DNA of 64,000 nucleotides from Macrostomum lignano (lineage: Eukaryota), in contig NIVC01000639.1 of NCBI GenBank assembly GCA_002269645.1, forward strand, positions 71,659 to 135,658, given 5' to 3'. The notes under the pieces are model-generated. The model made no database searches. It saw only the letters and a program-made list of their open reading frames with translations, and was not told the origin of the DNA. Positions 12,701 to 25,282 of this stretch are shown one piece after another (position 1 is the stretch's first letter; each line of letters begins with the position of its first letter). Both the position numbers and the translations under genes were made by a program.

Positions 12701-15700
12701 AGCGTGCACCAGTGTCTGTAGCCTAAGTGTGTTTGCACCTGACTTAGCGTGCACCAGTGTCTGTAGCCTAAGTGTGTTTGCACCTGACTTAGCGTGCACC
12801 AGTGTCTGTAGCCTAAGTGTGTTTGCACCTGACTTAGCGTGCACCAGTGTCTGTAGCCTAAGTGTGTTTGCACCTGACTTAGCGTGCACCAGTGTCTGTA
12901 GCCTAAGTGTGTTTGCACCTGACTTAGCGTGCACCAGTGTCTGTAGCCTAAGTGTGTTTGCACCTGACTTAGCGTGCACCAGTGTCTGTAGCCTAAGTGT
13001 GTTTGCACCTGACTTAGCGTGCACCAGTGTCTGTAGCCTAAGTGTGTTTGCACCTGACTTAGCGTGCACCAGTGTCTGTAGCCTAAGTGTGTTTGCACCT
13101 GACTTAGCGTGCACCAGTGTCTGTAGCCTAAGTGTGTTTGCACCTGACTTAGCGTGCACCAGTGTCTGTAGCCTAAGTGTGTTTGCACCTGACTTAGCGT
13201 GCACCAGTGTCTGTAGCCTAAGTGTGTTTGCACCTGACTTAGCGTGCACCAGTGTCTGTAGCCTAAGTGTGTTTGCACCTGACTTAGCGTGCACCAGTGT
13301 CTGTAGCCTAAGTGTGTTTGCACCTGACTTAGCGTGCACCAGTGTCTGTAGCCTAAGTGTGTTTGCACCTGACTTAGCGTGCACCAGTGTCTGTAGCCTA
13401 AGTGTGTTTGCACCTGACTTAGCGTGCACCAGTGTCTGTAGCCTAAGTGTGTTTGCACCTGACTTAGCGTGCACCAGTGTCTGTAGCCTAAGTGTGTTTG
13501 CACCTGACTTAGCGTGCACCAGTGTCTGTAGCCTAAGTGTGTTTGCACCTGACTTAGCGTGCACCAGTGTCTGTAGCCTAAGTGTGTTTGCACCTGACTT
13601 AGCGTGCACCAGTGTCTGTAGCCTAAGTGTGTTTGCACCTGACTTAGCGTGCACCAGTGTCTGTAGCCTAAGTGTGTTTGCACCTGACTTAGCGTGCACC
13701 AGTGTCTGTAGCCTAAGTGTGTTTGCACCTGACTTAGCGTGCACCAGTGTCTGTAGCCTAAGTGTGTTTGCACCTGACTTAGCGTGCACCAGTGTCTGTA
13801 GCCTAAGTGTGTTTGCACCTGACTTAGCGTGCACCAGTGTCTGTAGCCTAAGTGTGTTTGCACCTGACTTAGCGTGCACCAGTGTCTGTAGCCTAAGTGT
13901 GTTTGCACCTGACTTAGCGTGCACCAGTGTCTGTAGCCTAAGTGTGTTTGCACCTGACTTAGCGTGCACCAGTGTCTGTAGCCTAAGTGTGTTTGCACCT
14001 GACTTAGCGTGCACCAGTGTCTGTAGCCTAAGTGTGTTTGCACCTGACTTAGCGTGCACCAGTGTCTGTAGCCTAAGTGTGTTTGCACCTGACTTAGCGT
14101 GCACCAGTGTCTGTAGCCTAAGTGTGTTTGCACCTGACTTAGCGTGCACCAGTGTCTGTAGCCTAAGTGTGTTTGCACCTGACTTAGCGTGCACCAGTGT
14201 CTGTAGCCTAAGTGTGTTTGCACCTGACTTAGCGTGCACCAGTGTCTGTAGCCTAAGTGTGTTTGCACCTGACTTAGCGTGCACCAGTGTCTGTAGCCTA
14301 AGTGTGTTTGCACCTGACTTAGCGTGCACCAGTGTCTGTAGCCTAAGTGTGTTTGCACCTGACTTAGCGTGCACCAGTGTCTGTAGCCTAAGTGTGTTTG
14401 CACCTGACTTAGCGTGCACCAGTGTCTGTAGCCTAAGTGTGTTTGCACCTGACTTAGCGTGCACCAGTGTCTGTAGCCTAAGTGTGTTTGCACCTGACTT
14501 AGCGTGCACCAGTGTCTGTAGCCTAAGTGTGTTTGCACCTGACTTAGCGTGCACCAGTGTCTGTAGCCTAAGTGTGTTTGCACCTGACTTAGCGTGCACC
14601 AGTGTCTGTAGCCTAAGTGTGTTTGCACCTGACTTAGCGTGCACCAGTGTCTGTAGCCTAAGTGTGTTTGCACCTGACTTAGCGTGCACCAGTGTCTGTA
14701 GCCTAAGTGTGTTTGCACCTGACTTAGCGTGCACCAGTGTCTGTAGCCTAAGTGTGTTTGCACCTGACTTAGCGTGCACCAGTGTCTGTAGCCTAAGTGT
14801 GTTTGCACCTGACTTAGCGTGCACCAGTGTCTGTAGCCTAAGTGTGTTTGCACCTGACTTAGCGTGCACCAGTGTCTGTAGCCTAAGTGTGTTTGCACCT
14901 GACTTAGCGTGCACCAGTGTCTGTAGCCTAAGTGTGTTTGCACCTGACTTAGCGTGCACCAGTGTCTGTAGCCTAAGTGTGTTTGCACCTGACTTAGCGT
15001 GCACCAGTGTCTGTAGCCTAAGTGTGTTTGCACCTGACTTAGCGTGCACCAGTGTCTGTAGCCTAAGTGTGTTTGCACCTGACTTAGCGTGCACCAGTGT
15101 CTGTAGCCTAAGTGTGTTTGCACCTGACTTAGCGTGCACCAGTGTCTGTAGCCTAAGTGTGTTTGCACCTGACTTAGCGTGCACCAGTGTCTGTAGCCTA
15201 AGTGTGTTTGCACCTGACTTAGCGTGCACCAGTGTCTGTAGCCTAAGTGTGTTTGCACCTGACTTAGCGTGCACCAGTGTCTGTAGCCTAAGTGTGTTTG
15301 CACCTGACTTAGCGTGCACCAGTGTCTGTAGCCTAAGTGTGTTTGCACCTGACTTAGCGTGCACCAGTGTCTGTAGCCTAAGTGTGTTTGCACCTGACTT
15401 AGCGTGCACCAGTGTCTGTAGCCTAAGTGTGTTTGCACCTGACTTAGCGTGCACCAGTGTCTGTAGCCTAAGTGTGTTTGCACCTGACTTAGCGTGCACC
15501 AGTGTCTGTAGCCTAAGTGTGTTTGCACCTGACTTAGCGTGCACCAGTGTCTGTAGCCTAAGTGTGTTTGCACCTGACTTAGCGTGCACCAGTGTCTGTA
15601 GCCTAAGTGTGTTTGCACCTGACTTAGCGTGCACCAGTGTCTGTAGCCTAAGTGTGTTTGCACCTGACTTAGCGTGCACCAGTGTCTGTAGCCTAAGTGT

Positions 15701-18700
15701 GTTTGCACCTGACTTAGCGTGCACCAGTGTCTGTAGCCTAAGTGTGTTTGCACCTGACTTAGCGTGCACCAGTGTCTGTAGCCTAAGTGTGTTTGCACCT
15801 GACTTAGCGTGCACCAGTGTCTGTAGCCTAAGTGTGTTTGCACCTGACTTAGCGTGCACCAGTGTCTGTAGCCTAAGTGTGTTTGCACCTGACTTAGCGT
15901 GCACCAGTGTCTGTAGCCTAAGTGTGTTTGCACCTGACTTAGCGTGCACCAGTGTCTGTAGCCTAAGTGTGTTTGCACCTGACTTAGCGTGCACCAGTGT
16001 CTGTAGCCTAAGTGTGTTTGCACCTGACTTAGCGTGCACCAGTGTCTGTAGCCTAAGTGTGTTTGCACCTGACTTAGCGTGCACCAGTGTCTGTAGCCTA
16101 AGTGTGTTTGCACCTGACTTAGCGTGCACCAGTGTCTGTAGCCTAAGTGTGTTTGCACCTGACTTAGCGTGCACCAGTGTCTGTAGCCTAAGTGTGTTTG
16201 CACCTGACTTAGCGTGCACCAGTGTCTGTAGCCTAAGTGTGTTTGCACCTGACTTAGCGTGCACCAGTGTCTGTAGCCTAAGTGTGTTTGCACCTGACTT
16301 AGCGTGCACCAGTGTCTGTAGCCTAAGTGTGTTTGCACCTGACTTAGCGTGCACCAGTGTCTGTAGCCTAAGTGTGTTTGCACCTGACTTAGCGTGCACC
16401 AGTGTCTGTAGCCTAAGTGTGTTTGCACCTGACTTAGCGTGCACCAGTGTCTGTAGCCTAAGTGTGTTTGCACCTGACTTAGCGTGCACCAGTGTCTGTA
16501 GCCTAAGTGTGTTTGCACCTGACTTAGCGTGCACCAGTGTCTGTAGCCTAAGTGTGTTTGCACCTGACTTAGCGTGCACCAGTGTCTGTAGCCTAAGTGT
16601 GTTTGCACCTGACTTAGCGTGCACCAGTGTCTGTAGCCTAAGTGTGTTTGCACCTGACTTAGCGTGCACCAGTGTCTGTAGCCTAAGTGTGTTTGCACCT
16701 GACTTAGCGTGCACCAGTGTCTGTAGCCTAAGTGTGTTTGCACCTGACTTAGCGTGCACCAGTGTCTGTAGCCTAAGTGTGTTTGCACCTGACTTAGCGT
16801 GCACCAGTGTCTGTAGCCTAAGTGTGTTTGCACCTGACTTAGCGTGCACCAGTGTCTGTAGCCTAAGTGTGTTTGCACCTGACTTAGCGTGCACCAGTGT
16901 CTGTAGCCTAAGTGTGTTTGCACCTGACTTAGCGTGCACCAGTGTCTGTAGCCTAAGTGTGTTTGCACCTGACTTAGCGTGCACCAGTGTCTGTAGCCTA
17001 AGTGTGTTTGCACCTGACTTAGCGTGCACCAGTGTCTGTAGCCTAAGTGTGTTTGCACCTGACTTAGCGTGCACCAGTGTCTGTAGCCTAAGTGTGTTTG
17101 CACCTGACTTAGCGTGCACCAGTGTCTGTAGCCTAAGTGTGTTTGCACCTGACTTAGCGTGCACCAGTGTCTGTAGCCTAAGTGTGTTTGCACCTGACTT
17201 AGCGTGCACCAGTGTCTGTAGCCTAAGTGTGTTTGCACCTGACTTAGCGTGCACCAGTGTCTGTAGCCTAAGTGTGTTTGCACCTGACTTAGCGTGCACC
17301 AGTGTCTGTAGCCTAAGTGTGTTTGCACCTGACTTAGCGTGCACCAGTGTCTGTAGCCTAAGTGTGTTTGCACCTGACTTAGCGTGCACCAGTGTCTGTA
17401 GCCTAAGTGTGTTTGCACCTGACTTAGCGTGCACCAGTGTCTGTAGCCTAAGTGTGTTTGCACCTGACTTAGCGTGCACCAGTGTCTGTAGCCTAAGTGT
17501 GTTTGCACCTGACTTAGCGTGCACCAGTGTCTGTAGCCTAAGTGTGTTTGCACCTGACTTAGCGTGCACCAGTGTCTGTAGCCTAAGTGTGTTTGCACCT
17601 GACTTAGCGTGCACCAGTGTCTGTAGCCTAAGTGTGTTTGCACCTGACTTAGCGTGCACCAGTGTCTGTAGCCTAAGTGTGTTTGCACCTGACTTAGCGT
17701 GCACCAGTGTCTGTAGCCTAAGTGTGTTTGCACCTGACTTAGCGTGCACCAGTGTCTGTAGCCTAAGTGTGTTTGCACCTGACTTAGCGTGCACCAGTGT
17801 CTGTAGCCTAAGTGTGTTTGCACCTGACTTAGCGTGCACCAGTGTCTGTAGCCTAAGTGTGTTTGCACCTGACTTAGCGTGCACCAGTGTCTGTAGCCTA
17901 AGTGTGTTTGCACCTGACTTAGCGTGCACCAGTGTCTGTAGCCTAAGTGTGTTTGCACCTGACTTAGCGTGCACCAGTGTCTGTAGCCTAAGTGTGTTTG
18001 CACCTGACTTAGCGTGCAACCAGTGTCTGTAGCCTAAGTGTGTTTGCACCTGACTTAGCGTGCACCAGTGTCTGTAGCCTAAGTGTGTTTGCACCTGACT
18101 TAGCGTGCACCAGTGTCTGTAGCCTAAGTGTGTTTGCACCTGACTTAGCGTGCAACCAGTGTCTGTAGCCTAAGTGTGTTTGCACCTGACTTAGCGTGCA
18201 CCAGTGTCTGTAGCCTAAGTGTGTTTGCACCTGACTTAGCGTGCACCAGTGTCTGTAGCCTAAGTGTGTTTGCACCTGACTTAGCGTGCAACCAGTGTCT
18301 GTAGCCTAAGTGTGTTTGCACCTGACTTAGCGTGAACCAACCAGTGTCTGTAGCCTAAGTGTGTTTGCACCTGACTTAGCGTGCACCAGTGTCTGTAGCC
18401 TAAGTGTGTTTGCACCTGACTTAGCGTGAACCAACCAGTGTCTGTAGCCTAAGTGTGTTTGCACCTGACTTAGCGTGCAACCAGTGTCTGTAGCCTAAGT
18501 GTGTTTGCACCTGACTTAGCGTGCACCAGTGTCTGTAGCCTAAGTGTGTTTGCACCTGACTTAGCGTGCACCAGTGTCTGTAGCCTAAGTGTGTTTGCAC
18601 CTGACTTAGCGTGCACCAGTGTCTGTAGCCTAAGTGTGTTTGCACCTGACTTAGCGTGCACCAGTGTCTGTAGCCTAAGTGTGTTTGCACCTGACTTAGC

Positions 18701-21700
18701 GTGCACCAGTGTCTGTAGCCTAAGTGTGTTTGCACCTGACTTAGCGTGCACCAGTGTCTGTAGCCTAAGTGTGTTTGCACCTGACTTAGCGTGCACCAGT
18801 GTCTGTAGCCTAAGTGTGTTTGCACCTGACTTAGCGTGCACCAGTGTCTGTAGCCTAAGTGTGTTTGCACCTGACTTAGCGTGCACCAGTGTCTGTAGCC
18901 TAAGTGTGTTTGCACCTGACTTAGCGTGCACCAGTGTCTGTAGCCTAAGTGTGTTTGCACCTGACTTAGCGTGCACCAGTGTCTGTAGCCTAAGTGTGTT
19001 TGCACCTGACTTAGCGTGCAACCAGTGTCTGTAGCCTAAGTGTGTTTGCACCTGACTTAGCGTGCACCAGTGTCTGTAGCCTAAGTGTGTTTGCACCTGA
19101 CTTAGCGTGCACCAGTGTCTGTAGCCTAAGTGTGTTTGCACCTGACTTAGCGTGCACCAGTGTCTGTAGCCTAAGTGTGTTTGCACCTGACTTAGCGTGC
19201 ACCAGTGTCTGTAGCCTAAGTGTGTTTGCACCTGACTTAGCGTGCACCAGTGTCTGTAGCCTAAGTGTGTTTGCACCTGACTTAGCGTGCACCAGTGTCT
19301 GTAGCCTAAGTGTGTTTGCACCTGACTTAGCGTGCACCAGTGTCTGTAGCCTAAGTGTGTTTGCACCTGACTTAGCGTGCACCAGTGTCTGTAGCCTAAG
19401 TGTGTTTGCACCTGACTTAGCGTGCACCAGTGTCTGTAGCCTAAGTGTGTTTGCACCTGACTTAGCGTGCACCAGTGTCTGTAGCCTAAGTGTGTTTGCA
19501 CCTGACTTAGCGTGCACCAGTGTCTGTAGCCTAAGTGTGTTTGCACCTGACTTAGCGTGCACCAGTGTCTGTAGCCTAAGTGTGTTTGCACCTGACTTAG
19601 CGTGCACCAGTGTCTGTAGCCTAAGTGTGTTTGCACCTGACTTAGCGTGCACCAGTGTCTGTAGCCTAAGTGTGTTTGCACCTGACTTAGCGTGCACCAG
19701 TGTCTGTAGCCTAAGTGTGTTTGCACCTGACTTAGCGTGCACCAGTGTCTGTAGCCTAAGTGTGTTTGCACCTGACTTAGCGTGCACCAGTGTCTGTAGC
19801 CTAAGTGTGTTTGCACCTGACTTAGCGTGCACCAGTGTCTGTAGCCTAAGTGTGTTTGCACCTGACTTAGCGTGCACCAGTGTCTGTAGCCTAAGTGTGT
19901 TTGCACCTGACTTAGCGTGCACCAGTGTCTGTAGCCTAAGTGTGTTTGCACCTGACTTAGCGTGCACCAGTGTCTGTAGCCTAAGTGTGTTTGCACCTGA
20001 CTTAGCGTGCAACCAGTGTCTGTAGCCTAAGTGTGTTTGCACCTGACTTAGCGTGCACCAGTGTCTGTAGCCTAAGTGTGTTTGCACCTGACTTAGCGTG
20101 AACCAACCAGTGTCTGTAGCCTAAGTGTGTTTGCACCTGACTTAGCGTGCAACCAGTGTCTGTAGCCTAAGTGTGTTTGCACCTGACTTAGCGTGAACCA
20201 ACCAGTGTCTGTAGCCTAAGTGTGTTTGCACCTGACTTAGCGTGAACCAGTGTCTGTAGCCTAAGTGTGTTTGCACCTGACTTAGCGTGCACCAGTGTCT
20301 GTAGCCTAAGTGTGTTTGCACCTGACTTAGCGTGCACCAACCAGTGTCTGTAGCCTAAGTGTGTTTGCACCTGACTTAGCGTGCACCAGTGTCTGTAGCC
20401 TAAGTGTGTTTGCACCTGACTTAGCGTGAACCAACCAGTGTCTGTAGCCTAAGTGTGTTTGCACCTGACTTAGCGTGCACCAGTGTCTGTAGCCTAAGTG
20501 TGTTTGCACCTGACTTAGCGTGAACCAACCAGTGTCTGTAGCCTAAGTGTGTTTGCACCTGACTTAGCGTGCACCAACCAGTGTCTGTAGCCTAAATGTG
20601 TTTGCACCTGACTTAGCGTGAACCAACCAGTGTCTGTAGCCTAAGTGTGTTTGCACCTGACTTAGCGTGCACCAGTGTCTGTAGCCTAAGTGTGTTTGCA
20701 CCTGACTTAGCGTGCACCAGTGTCTGTAGCCTAAGTGTGTTTGCACCTGACTTAGCGTGCACCAACCAGTGTCTGTAGCCTAAGTGTGTTTGCACCTGAC
20801 TTAGCGTGCACCAGTGTCTGTAGCCTAAGTGTGTTTGCACCTGACTTAGCGTGCACCAGTGTCTGTAGCCTAAGTGTGTTTGCACCTGACTTAGCGTGCA
20901 CCAGTGTCTGTAGCCTAAGTGTGTTTGCACCTGACTTAGCGTGCAACCAGTGTCTGTAGCCTAAGTGTGTTTGCACCTGACTTAGCGTGAACCAACCAGT
21001 GTCTGTAGCCTAAGTGTGTTTGCACCTGACTTAGCGTGCACCAGTGTCTGTAGCCTAAGTGTGTTTGCACCTGACTTAGCGTGCACCAGTGTCTGTAGCC
21101 TAAGTGTGTTTGCACCTGACTTAGCGTGCACCAACCAGTGTCTGTAGCCTAAGTGTGTTTGCACCTGACTTAGCGTGCACCAGTGTCTGTAGCCTAAGTG
21201 TGTTTGCACCTGACTTAGCGTGCACCAGTGTCTGTAGCCTAAGTGTGTTTGCACCTGACTTAGCGTGCACCAGTGTCTGTAGCCTAAGTGTGTTTGCACC
21301 TGACTTAGCGTGCACCAACCAGTGTCTGTAGCCTAAGTGTGTTTGCACCTGACTTAGCGTGCACCAGTGTCTGTAGCCTAAGTGTGTTTGCACCTGACTT
21401 AGCGTGCAACCAGTGTCTGTAGCCTAAGTGTGTTTGCACCTGACTTAGCGTGCACCAGTGTCTGTAGCCTAAATGTGTTTGCACCTGACTTAGCGTGAAC
21501 CAACCAGTGTCTGTAGCCTAAGTGTGTTTGCACCTGACTTAGCGTGAACCAACCAGTGTCTGTAGCCTAAATGTGTTTGCACCTGACTTAGCGTGAACCA
21601 ACCAGTGTCTGTAGCCTAACTGTGTTTGCACCTGACTTAGCGTGCACCAGTGTCTGTAGCCTAAATGTGTTTGCACCTGACTTAGCGTGAACCAACCAGT

Positions 21701-22290
21701 GTCTGTAGCCTAAGTGTGTTTGCACCTGACTTAGCGTGAACCAACCAGTGTCTGTAGCCTAAGTGTGTTTGCACCTGACTTAGCGTGAACCAACCAGTGT
21801 CTGTAGCCTAAGTGTGTTTGCACCTGACTTAGCGTGAACCAACCATTGTCTGTAGCCTAAATGTGTTTGCGCCTGACTTAGCGTGCACCAACCAGTGTCT
21901 GTAGCCTAAATGTGTTTGCACCTGACTTAGCGTGCACCAACCATTGTCTGTAGCCTAAATATGTTTGCACCTGACTTAGCGTGCACCAACCAGTGTCTGT
22001 AGCCTAAATGTGTTTGTACCTGACTTAGCGTGCACCAACCATTGTCTGTAGCCTAAATATGTTTGTACCTGACTTAGCGTGCACCAACCAGTGTCTGTAG
22101 CCTAAATGTGTTTGTACCTGACTTAGCGTGCACCAACCAGTGTCTGTAGCCTAAATGTGTTTGCGCCTGACTTAGCGTGCACCAACCATTGTCTGTAGCC
22201 TAAATGTGTTTGCGCCTGACTTAGCGTGCACCAACCATTGTCTGTAGCCTAAATATGTTTTTACCTGACTTAGCGTGCGCCAGTGTCTAT
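3752..22290. repeat. Satellite array, 45-bp monomer GTGTCTGTAGCCTAAGTGTGTTTGCACCTGACTTAGCGTGCACCA, about 410 copies
   Basis: Read directly. Apparently identical monomers from about 4900 to 18000; 44-bp variants at the left edge; 46- and 49-bp variants plus substitutions at the right edge. Confidence 0.99.
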
Positions 22291-23237
22291 CCTCAGTGTA
22301 CATGTATCTGCCAGTGTATTTGCAACATCATTACTTGTCCGGTTGGCTGCAGGGCGGCTACAGATGTTTGCCTTGCAGAAACTGGGAAGAAAAATACAAT
22401 GGATGCAGTTAGAGACAGTGAGGGCTGCCTGGGAGAAACTTGCACTTCAACAACGCATTTTAGATGGCAATTTTTCTACGCAAAAGGAAAGTCTGTCACG
22501 CTCATGTTGCATGCAGCTTGAGACAATTAAAATCCGTGGCGCCGACCTGTAGACATTCACTCAAAGCTGGCAAACTCTGAGTTGTTGCTAAATTTATGTC
22601 CAGCAATTGTTAGCCAGACAGAATTGCAGACTCCGGCAGATGAAGCTAGTTTCACGCATAGTCTCATTATCGGCAAGTTGCCAGGGGCTGTCCGCTTTGT
22701 CTTAAGCAGCAGGAGCCGTTGACAGGGCTCCAACCATCAAGGCATTAAATATTTGCTGAGCTTGGGTTTTTTCGCGTTCTTAAACTCAAAAAGCATTCAA
22801 AGCGGAATTTGCAATTTGCCACGGGTTGGCGGGTCGTGGAGTCTTTGGCCTGAGTATCTGGAGAATACTCATCATTTCGATCCCTGTTAGCAAAGTGCAG
22901 CGGGAACTTTAATTGGCAGGGAAGCTATGGTGCTGGTGCAAACCTTGAGACTACTTGAAATCAGGAATTTCGAAATCAGATTATTCTGTCCTTGAGTTTC
23001 TCTTGGCAGCTTGTAGTGCGGCTTCAATGCACGAATATTCAATTCGATCAGCTTCCAACTCTCTGGTCCAAGCCTGTGATTGGCTCTCATTTTCTGAGTC
23101 TGAATCTTTGTCAAACTGGAGCACTTCTCCAATCCAGGAGCAAGATAGAGAACGCCATGCACGCCATCCCTAGCAACCATCTCTATTAAAGCAGCTGCAG
23201 ATGAAGGAATCGTATGCGCATTGCGCAGGAGGGAAAG

Positions 23238-24647
23238 ATGGCGAAGCAATTGACAGTCCGTTATGTCTTCTATCTGATGCTTCTCGTTTGCTGCGGCACT
23301 GAAGCTGCCTGCGAACAGTGCTCTGCTGTGTTTGAGCTGCGGACACGCGACTGCCCGACCGCCCCTTTTGCGACTGCTCCTGTTGCGGCTCAAAGTGAGT
23401 CGGAGTGCGTGCTGCGCTGCACTCTCAGCCCCGAGTGCCGGCTGTCCGTGTACCTGACCGACAGTGCTACATGCTACAGCCTGCCGGCAGCGGCTCTGAC
23501 AGCCGATGGACAATCGACTGCCTTGACGACGCAATCCATGGAACCACCGACGACGGCTACTACTACAACACCGAGTATTACGACTACCACACCGACTACG
23601 ACAACTAACACACCGAGTACGACGACTACCACACCGACTACTACTACCACACCGACTACTACAACGACACCGACTACTACGACTACCACACCTACAACTA
23701 CGACGACTACACCGACTACAACGACTACCACACCGACTACAACGACTACCACACCGACTACAACGACTACCACACCGACTACAACGACTACCACACCGAC
23801 TACTACAACGACTACCACACCGACTACTACGACTACCACACCGACTACTACAACGACTACCACACCGACTACTACGACGACGACTACACCGACTACAACG
23901 ACTACCACACCTACAACTACGACGACTACACCGACTACAACGACTACCACACCGACTACAACGACTACCACACCAACTACTACAACGACGACTACACCGA
24001 CTACGACGACTACCACACCGACTACTACAACGACGACTACACGGACTACGACGACGACTACACCTACAACTACGACTACCACACCAACTACTACAACGAC
24101 GACTACACCGACTACGACGACTACCACACCGACTACAACGACTACCACACCAACTACTACAACGACTACCACACCGACTACTACGACTACCACACCGACT
24201 ACTACAACGACTACCACACCGACTACTACGACGACGACTACACCGACTACGACGACTACCACACCGACTACAACGACTACCACACCTACAACTACGACGA
24301 CTACACCGACTACAACGACGACTACACCGACTTCGACGACTACCACACCGACTACTACAACGACACCGACTACAACGACTACCACACCTACAACTACGAC
24401 GACTACACCGACTACAACGACTACAACACCTACAACTACGACTACCACACCGACTACAACGACTACCACACCTACAACTACCACACCTACAACTGCTCTG
24501 TCTCTGGCAGTTTGCATTGGGGGCAGAGTAGCTCAAACCCGGGTTCGAATCCCACCGCCCGTCGGCTGTTTGCATTGGGGGCAGAGTAGCTCAAACCCGG
24601 GTTCGAATCCCACCGCCCGTCGGCAGTTTGCATTGGGGGCAGAGTAG
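23238..24647 (+). CDS. Secreted PAN/apple-domain protein with a long Thr/Pro mucin-like region
   Basis: Signal-peptide-like MAKQLTVRYVFYLMLLVCCGTEA; Cys pattern ECVLRCTLSPECRLSVYLTDSATCYSL typical of PAN/apple domains; then about 310 aa of PTTTTTT repeats. The true 3' end is uncertain because the ORF runs into 58-bp repeats. Confidence 0.75.
   Translation: MAKQLTVRYVFYLMLLVCCGTEAACEQCSAVFELRTRDCPTAPFATAPVAAQSESECVLRCTLSPECRLSVYLTDSATCYSLPAAALTADGQSTALTTQSMEPPTTATTTTPSITTTTPTTTTNTPSTTTTTPTTTTTPTTTTTPTTTTTTPTTTTTTPTTTTTTPTTTTTTPTTTTTTPTTTTTTPTTTTTTTPTTTTTTPTTTTTTTPTTTTTTTPTTTTTTPTTTTTTPTTTTTTPTTTTTTPTTTTTTTPTTTTTTPTTTTTTTRTTTTTTPTTTTTTPTTTTTTTPTTTTTTPTTTTTTPTTTTTTTPTTTTTTPTTTTTTTPTTTTTTTPTTTTTTPTTTTTTPTTTTTTPTTTTTTPTSTTTTPTTTTTPTTTTTTPTTTTTTPTTTTTTPTTTTTTPTTTTTTPTTTTPTTALSLAVCIGGRVAQTRVRIPPPVGCLHWGQSSSNPGSNPTARRQFALGAE
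23550..24495 (+). repeat. Coding ACN-rich tandem repeat (PTTTTT(T) units, 18-24 bp)
   Basis: acaccgactacaacgactacc-type units with synonymous variation, all in frame. Confidence 0.95.
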
Positions 24648-24770
24648 CTCAAACCCGGGTTCGAATCCCACCGCCCGCCGGCAGTTTGCATTGGGGGCAG
24701 AGTAGCTCAAACCCGGGTTCGAATCCTACCGCCCGCCGGCAGTTTGCATTGGGGGCAGAGTAGTTCAAAC
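24506..24770 (+). repeat. 58-bp tandem repeat (about 4.6 copies) with tRNA-like elements
   Basis: Unit GTTTGCATTGGGGGCAGAGTAGCTCAAACCCGGGTTCGAATCCCACCGCCCGTCGGCA contains a B-box/T-arm GGTTCGAATCCC and an A-box-like TAGCTCAA. Confidence 0.85.
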
Positions 24771-25282
24771 ATTAAAATTTAAACATTTATATTCAGTTAA
24801 TCAGTAACGTCCTACTAAGTAGTTGGGTAGTTGGTTGGGCTTGAGTAGTAAGTAGCTACTATGTAGAAATTTCTGTAATTTTGCGTACTCTTTACCTGTA
24901 ATTGTAAATACGAGCAGACTGACTCGCAAAGCAAACTTAAAAGAAACGAATAATGAGCAGGCATTCTGAAGCGAATGTCTTTAATCGTCTTTATTCGCCT
25001 TTATTCTCTGACTGCTTTCACTGTGTTACAGAAGCGAATATTCTCTGCTAGGCTCGGTTCTGAAACCAGATATGCAGTATCAGTATTTGGTGCATCAATA
25101 GCAGCAAAATGTAGGGATAAAATCTGTTTGAGTCATAGAAAGGCTTAGGGAAGCGCTGTTCGAGTACATTCAGAATGGCGGTCCAGCTTTTTGTTTCTGT
25201 AGCAAAAATAAATTTTCTACTGATAAATTTCAAACTGCATTTTCGAAGAACTGGTTCGGGTTTTCTTGGGACTGACCAAAAA

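Noticed and set aside
4490-18139. 4549-, 4384- and 4377-aa ORFs as giant repeat proteins
   Set aside because: Artefact of a 45-bp unit (multiple of 3) that lacks stops in three frames; no unique N- or C-terminal domain and no synonymous variation.
20380-21500. Established higher-order repeat in the satellite
   Set aside because: A 369-bp spacing is only partly repeated; not enough to call a higher-order repeat by eye.
3752-22290. CRISPR array
   Set aside because: Head-to-tail monomers with no unique spacers, eukaryotic context, no cas genes.
22887-24575. Minus-strand Cys/Arg/Ser-rich and poly-Val ORFs
   Set aside because: Shadow frames of the Thr-rich mucin; the plus frame has the signal peptide and PAN domain.
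24506-24770. Functional tRNA genes
   Set aside because: Units are 58 bp, lack a D-arm and a paired acceptor stem, and the A- and B-boxes are only about 7 nt apart.
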